64,000 nucleotides of DNA, taken from positions 6,101 through 70,100 of the forward strand of contig DCHU01000026.1 of the NCBI GenBank assembly GCA_002314915.1, written 5' to 3'. Of this stretch, positions 10,350-19,395 are shown piece after piece (position 1 is the stretch's first letter; each line of letters starts with the position of its first letter). The stretch comes from Bacillales bacterium UBA1744 (lineage in GTDB: Bacteria > Bacillota_I > Bacilli_A > RFN20 > CAG-826). The notes below the pieces were generated by a model. That model had not been told where the DNA came from. It was given only the letters and a program-made list of their open reading frames with translations, and did not search any database. The translations under genes were made by a program, and so were the position numbers.

Positions 10350-12848
10350 TTAATCGACTTTTTCCCAGTTGATTGTGAGGGTTAATAAGACGCAGAGGAC
10401 TGATAATCCGGTATCTCCAACGACTGCAATCCATAACGGGAAAGCATCTCCAAGAATCATAGATACGATCATAATGCCGACCTTAACTGCTAAGGCTAAT
10501 GCGATGAGGGCCACCGCTCTTCTCTTGCAGATTTTGGCGATTCTAATCGCTGTGACGAACTTGGATGGGTCATCGTTCATGAAGACAACATCTGCCGCTT
10601 CGATTGCAGTATCGGAACCAACTCCTCCCATAGCACAGCCAACATCGGCTAAAGCAAGGGCTGGAGCGTCGTTGATGCCATCACCAATGTATGCGACGTT
10701 GCCATTATGCTCATCAAGCTTGGATTTGATGACATCTGTCTTCTCGTTTGGCAACAGTTCAGAGTGGATTTCATCGATGCCTAATGATGCACCGAGTTCC
10801 TCTGCTCTTTCCTTCTTATCGCCGGTCAATAAGCATGCCTTGATGCCGTTCTTGTGGAGGTTTTCAATAAGGCCTTTTGATTCTTTTCTGACAACGTCGT
10901 TGAGGACGACATAACCCCAGTATTCTCTATCGACTGCAAGGTATACGATTGTGCCTGCAGCAGTAGATGATTCGACAGATATTCCCTCAAGGTCCATCAG
11001 GGACTTGTTGCCTGCAATGATGGCTTTGCCATTCCATTCGGTTTTAATGCCTTTACCCGCTACTTCCTCATAGTTCTTCTGCTCATTAGCGAGGCTTGAA
11101 GATTCGCCTACGATTGCTCTAGCGATTGGGTGGGTCGATCTAGACTCAGCAGCCTGGAGATTCTTGGTGAATTCATCCTGGGTTCCTTTGACAATATGCC
11201 ACTCAGTAACTTGGAAGTTACCATAGGTAAGTGTTCCTGTTTTATCAGTGCAGAGAGTCTTAACGTTAGCGAGTTTATCGAAGTAAGAAGAGCCTTTGAT
11301 GATGATACCTTTCTTTGATGCAAGACCCACTCCTGCAAAGAAGTTCAATGGGATAGAAATGATGATTGCGCATGGGCAAGATACGACTAGGAATGAGAGT
11401 CCTACACGCACCCATCTAGCCCATGTAGCGCCGTCTGTTATATTGAATAATGGTGGAATTACAGAGATTAAGAGAGCTAATGCAAAGACAACTGGAGTGT
11501 ATACTCTTGCGAACTTAGTGATGAACTTCTCAGCCTTGGATTTCGTTCTTGCGGACTCTTCAACTAGCTTAACGATCTTCGCGCTGGTTCTATTCTCAAA
11601 CTCAGATGTGACTCTGACTTTTAATGTTCCTGATTTAAGGATGGTTGAAGATAAAACCTCATCTCCAACGGTCTTGTAGACAGGCTCGAATTCACCGGTT
11701 AATGAAGCGCAGTCGACGTTGCCTTCACCTTCAATGATGACACCATCTGATGGGAAGCCTTCACCGACATTGACGAGGACAACGTTACCTGGTTTTAAAA
11801 GAGATGGATCGATATCGAATACACCCTCATCTGTCTCGATGTGAGCGACGAGTTCTTTAGACTCAATCGCATCGATGATTGATTGATGGGATTTCTTTGA
11901 AGCGAACTCCTCAAAGATTTCTCCAATCTGGAATAAGACGACAACGAGGACTCCATCAAACATGGTGTCTGGGTCGCCTGTGAGCAATGGTAAAAGGAAT
12001 GCGCCGATAGATGCGACCGTCATAAGTAGGTCTTCATCTAAAAGGTTCTTTAAATGGAAGATGTTCTTTAAACTCTTCCAAACGATGTCATAAGCGCAGA
12101 TTAGCCATGCACATGCACATAATGCGAAGTAAATCCAGAAATTGGCGTCACCTGTTGCGTGTGATGTGAATGCAAATTGAGCGACGAATGCGGCGGCAAG
12201 AGAAACAACGATTCTTCCGATGCTGACGAAGAATTCTTTATCAAAGAGATTTGTCTCCGCTCTCTTGTTTACGTATGGTTTAACAACGAATTCATCCTCT
12301 ACTTCAGCAATGAGTTCCTGGACCTCTTCAATGGTCATCTCCTCGCCTTTTATATAGAGCTTTCCGGTTGCGAAATCGAGGGTGGCCTCTTTGACTCTTG
12401 GGTCTTTCTCGATATGGGCAGCAGCCTCAGATGCGCAGTTTGGGCAATCTATGTTCTCAACGATGAACACCAAGTCCACGATCTTTCCGCCTTTGGCTTT
12501 CTTCTCGTGCTCGTGGTGATGTTCTCCGCAGCAGCACTCTCCCTCATGGTGGTGGTGATCGTGCTCACCTTCACAGCAACAATGTTCATGATGCTCATGC
12601 TTGTGGGTGTGGCTAGAAGCTTCAATCTCTTTAACGATGAACTCCTCTTCCACTTCCTGGATGAGGGTCTGGATTTCCTCTGCGGTTAAAGCCTCACCTT
12701 TCACATATAATTTGCCAGTAGCAAAATCCAAGGATGCCTCGAGTATTCTAGGATCCTTCTCTAAATGATCGGCTGCTTTTGCAGCGCAGTTAGGACAGTC
12801 GACGTTTTCGACTAAGAATGTTTGGTTAATGATGTCTTTCATAATCAC
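10350..12848 (-). CDS. cadA: Heavy-metal (Cd/Zn/Co-type) P1B ATPase with two N-terminal HMA domains and a His/Cys-rich linker
   Basis: Two HMA domains carry a CPNC(A) metal motif, which is CadA-like. Between them is HTHKHEHHEHCCCEGEHDHHHHEGECCCGEHHHEHE. It has the transmembrane CPC motif (SCPCAI), DKTGT phosphorylation and GDGINDAP motifs. Length is 832 aa. Confidence 0.9.
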   Translation of the reverse strand: MIMKDIINQTFLVENVDCPNCAAKAADHLEKDPRILEASLDFATGKLYVKGEALTAEEIQTLIQEVEEEFIVKEIEASSHTHKHEHHEHCCCEGEHDHHHHEGECCCGEHHHEHEKKAKGGKIVDLVFIVENIDCPNCASEAAAHIEKDPRVKEATLDFATGKLYIKGEEMTIEEVQELIAEVEDEFVVKPYVNKRAETNLFDKEFFVSIGRIVVSLAAAFVAQFAFTSHATGDANFWIYFALCACAWLICAYDIVWKSLKNIFHLKNLLDEDLLMTVASIGAFLLPLLTGDPDTMFDGVLVVVLFQIGEIFEEFASKKSHQSIIDAIESKELVAHIETDEGVFDIDPSLLKPGNVVLVNVGEGFPSDGVIIEGEGNVDCASLTGEFEPVYKTVGDEVLSSTILKSGTLKVRVTSEFENRTSAKIVKLVEESARTKSKAEKFITKFARVYTPVVFALALLISVIPPLFNITDGATWARWVRVGLSFLVVSCPCAIIISIPLNFFAGVGLASKKGIIIKGSSYFDKLANVKTLCTDKTGTLTYGNFQVTEWHIVKGTQDEFTKNLQAAESRSTHPIARAIVGESSSLANEQKNYEEVAGKGIKTEWNGKAIIAGNKSLMDLEGISVESSTAAGTIVYLAVDREYWGYVVLNDVVRKESKGLIENLHKNGIKACLLTGDKKERAEELGASLGIDEIHSELLPNEKTDVIKSKLDEHNGNVAYIGDGINDAPALALADVGCAMGGVGSDTAIEAADVVFMNDDPSKFVTAIRIAKICKRRAVALIALALAVKVGIMIVSMILGDAFPLWIAVVGDTGLSVLCVLLTLTINWEKVD

Positions 12849-13156
12849 TCTGTCACGTGATCATATACGACATTTAATAGCTCAACGATGTGATGGTCCG
12901 CTAATTTGTAGAAGACCTTCGTTTTCTCTTTTCTCGTTGTGACTAAGTTAGCTTTCTTAAGGACCTTAAGCTGATGGGACACTAAAGACTGGGATGCACC
13001 CACTTCTTCAACAATCTCTGAGACCGATTTCTCATCCTCCGAGATGCTGTACATGATTTTGAGTCTTGTGAAGTCGCTTGCTACATTGAGCAACGATTCC
13101 ATCTTGTCTAGTGTTTTGTCATCAGGTAACTTTGCCATATATGAACGTCCTTTCAT
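12845..13156 (-). CDS. czrA: ArsR/SmtB-family metalloregulator with a CzrA-like alpha5 site
   Basis: An HTH ArsR fold with no cysteines. The C-terminal DHHIVELLNVVYDHVTE matches the DxHx10HxxE/H alpha5 Zn/Co site. It overlaps the ATPase gene by 4 nt. The true start is probably the MAKLPDD Met at 13138, which has an AAAGGA RBS. Confidence 0.8.
   Translation of the reverse strand: MKGRSYMAKLPDDKTLDKMESLLNVASDFTRLKIMYSISEDEKSVSEIVEEVGASQSLVSHQLKVLKKANLVTTRKEKTKVFYKLADHHIVELLNVVYDHVTE
13141..13156. promoter_or_regulatory. Candidate ArsR-family operator half (ATGAA-N6-TTCAT palindrome) overlapping the repressor start region
   Basis: ATGAACGTCCTTTCAT is an inverted repeat. A second copy lies 66 bp upstream. 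Confidence 0.35.
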
Positions 13157-13206
13157 ATTTCAACGAGGAAATTATATGCATGAAAATAGAGCAGTTCAAT
13201 AGTTTT

Positions 13207-13222
13207 ATGAATGATTGTTCAT
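13207..13222. promoter_or_regulatory. Candidate CzrA/SmtB-type operator (ATGAATGATTGTTCAT)
   Basis: A perfect ATGAA-N6-TTCAT inverted repeat sits in the promoter region of the czr-like operon. It resembles TGAACA..TGTTCA-type ArsR operators. Confidence 0.4.
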
Positions 13223-13254
13223 ATTTCTATTGCGCTTCTATGTATTTATTAAAA

Positions 13255-13294
13255 TAAAAAACACCCCCAATTACAAGGTAACTAGGGATGTTAG
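13255..13294 (-). terminator. Putative terminator after nusG
   Basis: The minus strand reads CAUCCC...GGGGUG followed by UUUUUU. Confidence 0.35.
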
Positions 13295-13305
13295 TTTGTT
13301 CTGAA

Positions 13306-13878
13306 TTAGAGTTTCTCGATTTCTGAGAAGTCGCAGTCGACTGGTGTAGCACGACCGAAGAAGAGTGTGATGACTCTGATCTGGCCTGATTCGCGGTCGA
13401 TTGATTCGATTGTACCTTCTGTTCCTTCGAGTGGTCCAGAGATGATCTTGACAGCGTCTCCTGCCTGATAACGATCATACATTGCCTCGTCGACGAGACC
13501 CATTCTCTTAAGAACTGGTTCGATTTCTTCACGTGAGACTGGTGATGGCTTCTGACCGCCGCCTGAGGAACCAGCGATACCAGTGACTCCTGGAGTGTTA
13601 CGGACGATGTACCATGACTCGTCTGTCATGATCATTTCGACGAAGATATAACCTGGATAAAGGTTCTTCATCTTGAACTTTGGGTTGCCAGCCTTATCGA
13701 CAGCCTGAATGCCATCCTTTAAAACTGGTTCTTCCTGTTCTGCGACAAGAACACGGAGGATATAGTCCTGCATGTTCATTGATTCGATACGTTTCTTTAA
13801 GTTGTCAGCGGTTTTTGACTCTGACATGGAATATGTGGTAACGATATACCACTGCTTATCGCCTAAATTGTTTGCCAT
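13306..13878 (-). CDS. nusG: Transcription termination/antitermination factor NusG
   Basis: 190 aa with NGN and KOW domains (WYIVTTYS...GDAVKIISGPLEG). Confidence 0.93.
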   Translation of the reverse strand: MANNLGDKQWYIVTTYSMSESKTADNLKKRIESMNMQDYILRVLVAEQEEPVLKDGIQAVDKAGNPKFKMKNLYPGYIFVEMIMTDESWYIVRNTPGVTGIAGSSGGGQKPSPVSREEIEPVLKRMGLVDEAMYDRYQAGDAVKIISGPLEGTEGTIESIDRESGQIRVITLFFGRATPVDCDFSEIEKL

Positions 13879-13879
13879 A

Positions 13880-14077
13880 TTACATTCCTCCGAAAGCTTT
13901 TGTCAAAAGATCGATGATTGATGATCCGAGATAGTCCCATAACGCTAAGAAGCATGCGACTATGACAGCGATGCTGATGACGACAGCGATTGATGGCCAT
14001 AATTTATCTTTCTCTGGCCAGCGAACGCGCTTTCCTTCCTTTACGACTTCTTTTAGATACTTACCTGGTTTTGCCAT
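13880..14077 (-). CDS. secE: Preprotein translocase subunit SecE
   Basis: A 65-aa protein with a single TM helix, located just upstream of nusG. Confidence 0.85.
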   Translation of the reverse strand: MAKPGKYLKEVVKEGKRVRWPEKDKLWPSIAVVISIAVIVACFLALWDYLGSSIIDLLTKAFGGM

Positions 14078-14094
14078 TGGTGAGATCCTCCTAC

Positions 14095-14244
14095 TTATTT
14101 GCTTTCCTTGTGGTTGGTGTGTTTACCACAGGTTGGGCAATATTTGCTAAGTTCCAGACGCTTCGGATCTTCCTTTTTCTTGGTGACCTGATAGTTCCTG
14201 GATAGACATTCAGAGCAAATTAAAAATATCTTAACGCGACTCAT
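14095..14244 (-). CDS. rpmG: 50S ribosomal protein L33 (below the 60-aa ORF-track cutoff)
   Basis: Manual translation gives [49 protein letters not shown]. It has a CxxC...CxxC zinc ribbon and occupies the conserved slot between sigH and secE. Confidence 0.8.
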   Translation of the reverse strand: MSRVKIFLICSECLSRNYQVTKKKEDPKRLELSKYCPTCGKHTNHKESK

Positions 14245-14322
14245 AACTTAACTCCTTTTAGCGTCAATATGTTATTACGGGTTTTCAACTAAGTCAAATG
14301 CAACTTCTTTAAGAAGCCACTA

Positions 14323-14940
14323 TTATTTCGTTTTGCTTATGTAGCGGTCTACCAACTTCTTGTATTTAAGGTATTTCAAACGGGCGGATTTATAGGTGAT
14401 TCCGAGTTGTTCGGCAATCTCCTCAAAACCCATACCCTGTAACCTGAGACAAGCCACTTCTTTGGTCTCGTCATCGAGTTCTTTGGCCGCTTTTTCAAGC
14501 AATTCCCCCATGAGTGTGCACTCACAATAGGAAATCGGGTCTTCTTTGTTATCTGCTATGACGTCCTCAAATGTCAGGCTGTCATCTGTTCCCGGCACAG
14601 AATCGCTCAATGAAATGACTGCGCTCCTATAGAACTGTTTGTTCTCCTGGAGCATCTTGAACAACTCGTTGCGGTAAACGACCATCAGATACTGATAAAA
14701 GCCCCTAATCCCCGTTTTGTAGGTAAATACGGCGTTCATTAGGGATACCAACATGCACTCCTCAACGTCACACTGCTGATAAGCGCTTGAGTATTCCGGG
14801 AGAACCTTGACCGCTAGATAGCTAGCGAGTAAGAGATATTTCTTAACAAGCATCTCCCATGAGAGCTCATGGCCTTTTTGGCACATTAAAATGAGCTCCT
14901 CTTCTTTTTTAAAAAAGGATGTTTTCTTTCGTTTAGGCAT
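14323..14940 (-). CDS. sigH: Sigma-70 family sigma factor (SigH-like by position)
   Basis: Region 2 and region 4 are present (EIAEQLGITYKSARLKYLKYKKL). Its position between rlmB and rpmG-secE-nusG matches Bacillus sigH. Confidence 0.7.
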   Translation of the reverse strand: MPKRKKTSFFKKEEELILMCQKGHELSWEMLVKKYLLLASYLAVKVLPEYSSAYQQCDVEECMLVSLMNAVFTYKTGIRGFYQYLMVVYRNELFKMLQENKQFYRSAVISLSDSVPGTDDSLTFEDVIADNKEDPISYCECTLMGELLEKAAKELDDETKEVACLRLQGMGFEEIAEQLGITYKSARLKYLKYKKLVDRYISKTK

Positions 14941-14966
14941 ATAAGCCTCCCTCTAAAGCATTAAAG

Positions 14967-15683
14967 CTATTTTCTGGAGGAGACGATGCCTGCAACAATA
15001 ACGGCAGTCGCGACGGAGGCATTCAAGCAACTGACGTGGCCGCACATAGGGATCTTAACAATGAAATCAGAACGCTTAAGGAGTAATGGCGCAATACCGA
15101 AACCTTCTGAGCCGACGATCAAAGCGATTGGACAGTTGTAGTCGATATCCATGTAGCCCTGCTTTGCAGAGCCATCGCTTGCGACTACCCAATATCCGTT
15201 TTGCTTGAGTTTTTCGACGGCGTTAGAAAGATTGCTAACAACTGCCACTTTGACATAGTTGATAGCACCCGTAGAAACCTTGGCAACCGTTCCGTTCAGT
15301 TGGACTTGGCCATGATTCTTGATGATGATGCCATCAACACCAAAAGCGTCAGCGCTTCTCAGTATTGCTCCGAGGTTATGTGGGTCCTCAATTCCGTCGA
15401 GTATCAAAACGAGAGGGTATTTCTTACCCTTGGCCGCTTCGATTATCTCTTCGATGCTTGAGGAGCCGTACTCCTCCACAATCGCCACAAATCCTTGATG
15501 GGAAGGGTTTTTGGCCATTCGCGTTAATTCATTGTTATCCACTAGCTTAACGGCGAGCTTTTTCTTGCGGGCAAACTCCACGAGTTTATCTCCACCTAAA
15601 TGAGCTGACACGTAGAGGGTTTTAACCTTATCAGCTTCGATAGATGCCCTGATGGCATTTCTGCCATAAATAACTGTACCCAT
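14967..15683 (-). CDS. rlmB: 23S rRNA (guanosine-2'-O)-methyltransferase RlmB (TrmH/SpoU family)
   Basis: It has the SpoU motifs HNLGAILRSADAFG and LIVGSEGFG. It occupies the YacO position. Confidence 0.85.
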   Translation of the reverse strand: MGTVIYGRNAIRASIEADKVKTLYVSAHLGGDKLVEFARKKKLAVKLVDNNELTRMAKNPSHQGFVAIVEEYGSSSIEEIIEAAKGKKYPLVLILDGIEDPHNLGAILRSADAFGVDGIIIKNHGQVQLNGTVAKVSTGAINYVKVAVVSNLSNAVEKLKQNGYWVVASDGSAKQGYMDIDYNCPIALIVGSEGFGIAPLLLKRSDFIVKIPMCGHVSCLNASVATAVIVAGIVSSRK

Positions 15684-15696
15684 AGTCCTCTACTCC

Positions 15697-16431
15697 TTAC
15701 GATGCCGCAGAAACCTTAAGTTCAAGAGGTCTTACGGTAAATCGGACCTCATCAACGAAATTCGTTAAGGTTTGAGGATTGTTACAGGTGACTCTGATCT
15801 CGATTCTTAGAGCGGAGTTTTCTTCGAATGAGACGAGCTCTGTATATGTTTCTCTAAGTGTTAAGCCATATCTCTGGGAGATTTGGACAATCTCCTTCAT
15901 GATTGGCTTGTCACTTGGTACAACAATGGTGATGATTGGATTCTTTCTCTGGACGATCTTCTCTGCCTTCTTCATGGAAACAAGGGCCAAGAAAACTAAA
16001 GCCGTTCCGATGATGGCGAGGATGAAGTTGCCAGATCCACAGGCTAAGCCAATAGCCATGGAAATCCAAAGTGTCGTCGCGGTTGTTAAACCTTTGACGT
16101 CTGTTCCTGTCTGAACGATTGTGCCCGCACCCAAGAAACCGATGCCTGAGACGACCTGGGCTGCAAGTCTGGCTGGGTCTCTAGTGGATGGGTTAGCAAA
16201 ACCATAGATAGAAACGATCATGATGATTGCGGAACCCAATGAGACGAGCAAATGGGTTCTTAAGCCTGCGGCGTGACCATGATACTCACGCTCCAAGCCG
16301 ATGAATGATACCAAGACCAACGCTAAAAGAAGCGACAAGAAAATGAGGATTAAATTACCAGCCCATTCGGCGATTGCGCCGTTGAAACCGGAATTGAACC
16401 AATTTGTGATGATGTTGTCTAAAGTGGTCAT
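15697..16431 (-). CDS. mgtC: MgtC/SapB family membrane protein
   Basis: It has the GLEREYHGHAAGLRTHLLVSLGSA signature and a C-terminal ACT-like domain. Confidence 0.8.
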   Translation of the reverse strand: MTTLDNIITNWFNSGFNGAIAEWAGNLILIFLSLLLALVLVSFIGLEREYHGHAAGLRTHLLVSLGSAIIMIVSIYGFANPSTRDPARLAAQVVSGIGFLGAGTIVQTGTDVKGLTTATTLWISMAIGLACGSGNFILAIIGTALVFLALVSMKKAEKIVQRKNPIITIVVPSDKPIMKEIVQISQRYGLTLRETYTELVSFEENSALRIEIRVTCNNPQTLTNFVDEVRFTVRPLELKVSAAS

Positions 16432-16447
16432 GGCATCCTCCTTACAA

Positions 16448-17794
16448 TTAGAAGACGTTTCTTTCGATGAGAATTCCTCTAATTTCGTCGCTCTTGGCGA
16501 AGTCTTTGTTGGCTTTAGCCTCGTAGTAGGCTTTATAAAGCCCTTTATCTTCTTCGTTTAAGACCGGTATTGCAAGAGAAATTCCTAAAACTCTCTCAGC
16601 AGAGCGGACTTTTGCGTAATTTTCTTTCAATTCCTCCAAATCCACAGGGTTTTTGCGGAGGCTGTTGTTCATAGCCTTGTTCTCTTCATAGAGTACCGCT
16701 AAAGCGTTTGGAGTGTTCAAATCGTCGCAGATTGTGTCTAAGAACTTTGAGTCATCTGCTGGGATTAATGCTTCAGGATCAATGCCTGCTAACTGCAATG
16801 TGATGGCAGCTTTCTTGACGCTATCCTGCAACTGTTTGTATTTGACCTGTGCTTCCTTGATTGTGTCCTCAGAGAATGAGACAGGTGCTCTATAGTGTGC
16901 GGCTAAAAGCATCATTCTGAATGGGATTCCACCGAATCCTGCCACTACGTCTTTCATAAGCATGACGTTGCCAAGGGACTTGGACATCTTCTCATTGTTG
17001 ACGTTGATGAAGCCGTTGTGCATCCAATAGTTTGCAAGCTTATGGCCGTTGTGAGCCTTAGCCTGTGCGATTTCGTTCTCGTGGTGAGGGAACTTAAGGT
17101 CAAAGCCACCTGAATGGATATCGATTAAACCGTTCTGGTCTTTGAAGATTGAGTTGATCATGACGCAGCACTCTGTGTGCCAGCCTGGTCTACCATCGCA
17201 CCACTTGGTTGTCCATTTGATGCCTTCGTTCGTCTTCTTCCACAAAGCGAAATCGAGAGGGTCTTTCTTCTTGTCGTTAACGCTGATTCTAGCGCCGCTT
17301 TCCAATGCATCGATTGTGTTGCCCGATAACTCACCGTAATCAGGAATGTCGCGAACTTTAAGATAAACGTCTCCGCCTTCTGCATATGCAGCGCCTTTCT
17401 CGACGAGCTCATCAACGTATTCGATGATCTTGTCCATATAGACGGTTGGCTTTGGAGTGATGTCTGGAACCATAGAACCAGTCTCGTGGATGAGTCTTTC
17501 GAACTCGGTGATGATTGATTCTGTTAATTCTTTCTCAGAGATGCCTAACTCTTTGGCTCTGTTGATGATCTTGTCATCGACGTCTGTGTAGTTAGATACG
17601 AATGTGACCTTGTATCCGAGTCTGATGAAAAGGCGTCTTAAAACGTCAAAAGTGATAACTGGTCTGAAGTTTCCGATGTGTGGGTCGTTATAGACTGTAG
17701 GTCCACAGCAGTAGATAGATACTTCGCCTTCTTTGATAGGTTTGAATGTCTCGAGTTTGTTTCCGAGTGAGTTGTAAATCTTAATTTCGTGCAT
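16448..17794 (-). CDS. cysS: Cysteine--tRNA ligase
   Basis: 448 aa with the HIGH motif (PHIGN) and KMSKS, and full-length CysRS similarity. Confidence 0.95.
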   Translation of the reverse strand: MHEIKIYNSLGNKLETFKPIKEGEVSIYCCGPTVYNDPHIGNFRPVITFDVLRRLFIRLGYKVTFVSNYTDVDDKIINRAKELGISEKELTESIITEFERLIHETGSMVPDITPKPTVYMDKIIEYVDELVEKGAAYAEGGDVYLKVRDIPDYGELSGNTIDALESGARISVNDKKKDPLDFALWKKTNEGIKWTTKWCDGRPGWHTECCVMINSIFKDQNGLIDIHSGGFDLKFPHHENEIAQAKAHNGHKLANYWMHNGFINVNNEKMSKSLGNVMLMKDVVAGFGGIPFRMMLLAAHYRAPVSFSEDTIKEAQVKYKQLQDSVKKAAITLQLAGIDPEALIPADDSKFLDTICDDLNTPNALAVLYEENKAMNNSLRKNPVDLEELKENYAKVRSAERVLGISLAIPVLNEEDKGLYKAYYEAKANKDFAKSDEIRGILIERNVF

Positions 17795-17862
17795 AAATGT
17801 ATTATAACACTCTAAAAGTGTTCCTTTGTCGCGTTATTTTGCGATTGGTCTTAAACAAGCAA

Positions 17863-19272
17863 TTACAATATATCAATTTGCTTGCATTTAATAGACTCTT
17901 TTGTAGATAAGCTTCTCTGTTCTAAATACCAAGGCGCAGCGTACTGCGGAAGTGATGTGAAAAATTCGCCGACACCAAAGCCTTGTTTGATGAATTTTAC
18001 ACATCCGGCAACTTTATATGGTGTCTCGCCGTGCATAACAGCTTTGCTAGCCGCCATTTTCCCGTTTGTTGATTTTTCTTCGAGAAGGATTATCCCCTCG
18101 TTTGTTTCTAAAAGAAAATCAATTTCCAAATGTCTCTTTGTGTCGGAGTAGAAGAACATATCTCCGCCGAATTTTGCCAGCATAGTTGCCATGAGGTTTT
18201 CAAAGATGGCGCCTTTGCGAGAGTCAAGATTATCCGATAAGAAGTCCTGCAATGTAACAATCGGATAAGAGGCCATCAACAATCCTGTGTCCGCCAAAAA
18301 TAACTTAAAACAGCTGAGGTTCTTGTTTAATGCAAGAGGTTTTTCAATCGCATTAACGTTGTATGCTATGTTTATCAAACCAGCCCTATTAAGCCATTGG
18401 ATCGCGGATTCGTAACTCGATAGCCTTCCGCCCTTTGAAACATCAGATATCTTGAATTTGCTATTTCCGGATTCTCTACTCAATTGAGAGGGAATTGATG
18501 AGAAAACCTCATTAAGCTTTGCCTGAAGCGAATAATCAATTGATTCTTTCCCGTCGTCATTAACAAATCGGCCAAAATCACATTTATAATCGTTCAAAAG
18601 GCGTAATTGAACATCCCTAGCATTCAAATATCCACCATTATTAGTCAAGAAAGCGTCCACCGCTTCTGGCATGCCTCCAACAACGATGTATCTCTTTAAA
18701 AGCTCTTCAAACATGAGTTCATAGGAGGAAGGAAGATCTTTTACGTTTTTGATAGAGTCACTCAATAGTTGAATTGCTTCATCAGACACTCCAGATGCCC
18801 ATAGGAATTCCTCAAAATCCATTGGCTGCATCTCGATATATTCTTCATAGCCGGTTGGCATAAAGCTCTTAGCCTTCCTGCGATAATTCTCCACCCCAAG
18901 CAAAGAACCAGTAGCGATTACATCAAAACGGCCATCCAAATAGAAAGACTTAAGAGCGGTCCTAGCACGCTCACAATCGCCTATCTCCTCAAAGATTAAA
19001 ACTGTTTTATGAGGGGCGAAAGAGGCACCGGACACAAAAGCGCTGGCTTCATGAATTATGTCGTCGACGGCCAATGATTTTTCGAAACAACGCCTAAATT
19101 TCTCGTCGTATCTGAAATCAAACACTATTACATTCTCGTAGTTTTCAAGGGCAAATTTCCTAACGACATAGCTCTTTCCAACTTGTCTAAGACCTTGAAC
19201 GATAACGGGTTTATGAGATTGTTTTTCCTTCCATTGACTTAAAATGTCATACGCTTTTCGTTTAAAATCCAT
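17863..19272 (-). CDS. AAA+ ATPase with a DUF4143-type C-terminal domain
   Basis: It has a Walker A motif (GLRQVGKSY) and a Walker B motif (VLIFEEI), and the C-terminal architecture of the ATPase/DUF4143 family. Confidence 0.75.
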   Translation of the reverse strand: MDFKRKAYDILSQWKEKQSHKPVIVQGLRQVGKSYVVRKFALENYENVIVFDFRYDEKFRRCFEKSLAVDDIIHEASAFVSGASFAPHKTVLIFEEIGDCERARTALKSFYLDGRFDVIATGSLLGVENYRRKAKSFMPTGYEEYIEMQPMDFEEFLWASGVSDEAIQLLSDSIKNVKDLPSSYELMFEELLKRYIVVGGMPEAVDAFLTNNGGYLNARDVQLRLLNDYKCDFGRFVNDDGKESIDYSLQAKLNEVFSSIPSQLSRESGNSKFKISDVSKGGRLSSYESAIQWLNRAGLINIAYNVNAIEKPLALNKNLSCFKLFLADTGLLMASYPIVTLQDFLSDNLDSRKGAIFENLMATMLAKFGGDMFFYSDTKRHLEIDFLLETNEGIILLEEKSTNGKMAASKAVMHGETPYKVAGCVKFIKQGFGVGEFFTSLPQYAAPWYLEQRSLSTKESIKCKQIDIL

Positions 19273-19330
19273 TTCTCTAATCCTCGATTAAATTGTAAAA
19301 GAAAAAACAGGTTAATCAACAAATTTTCTT

Positions 19331-19395
19331 CGATTTTTGTAGTTTTTACATTTTTCGAAGTTCGATTTTTGCAGTTTTTACATTTTTCGAAGGTT
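19331..19395. repeat. Tandem direct repeat: two units of about 32 bp (cgatttttgYagtttttacatttttcgaagKtt)
   Basis: Two near-identical adjacent units with one mismatch. They lie in the intergenic region upstream of the AAA ATPase start and downstream of the membrane protein gene. Confidence 0.7.

Noticed and set aside
17795-17862. T-box leader upstream of cysS
   Set aside because: Only 68 nt are available between cysS and the upstream gene, which is too short for a T-box. It contains just a short palindrome (ACACTCTAAAAGTGT).
19331-19395. Possible CRISPR array
   Set aside because: There are only two directly adjacent 32-bp units with no intervening unique spacers, and no cas genes in the window.
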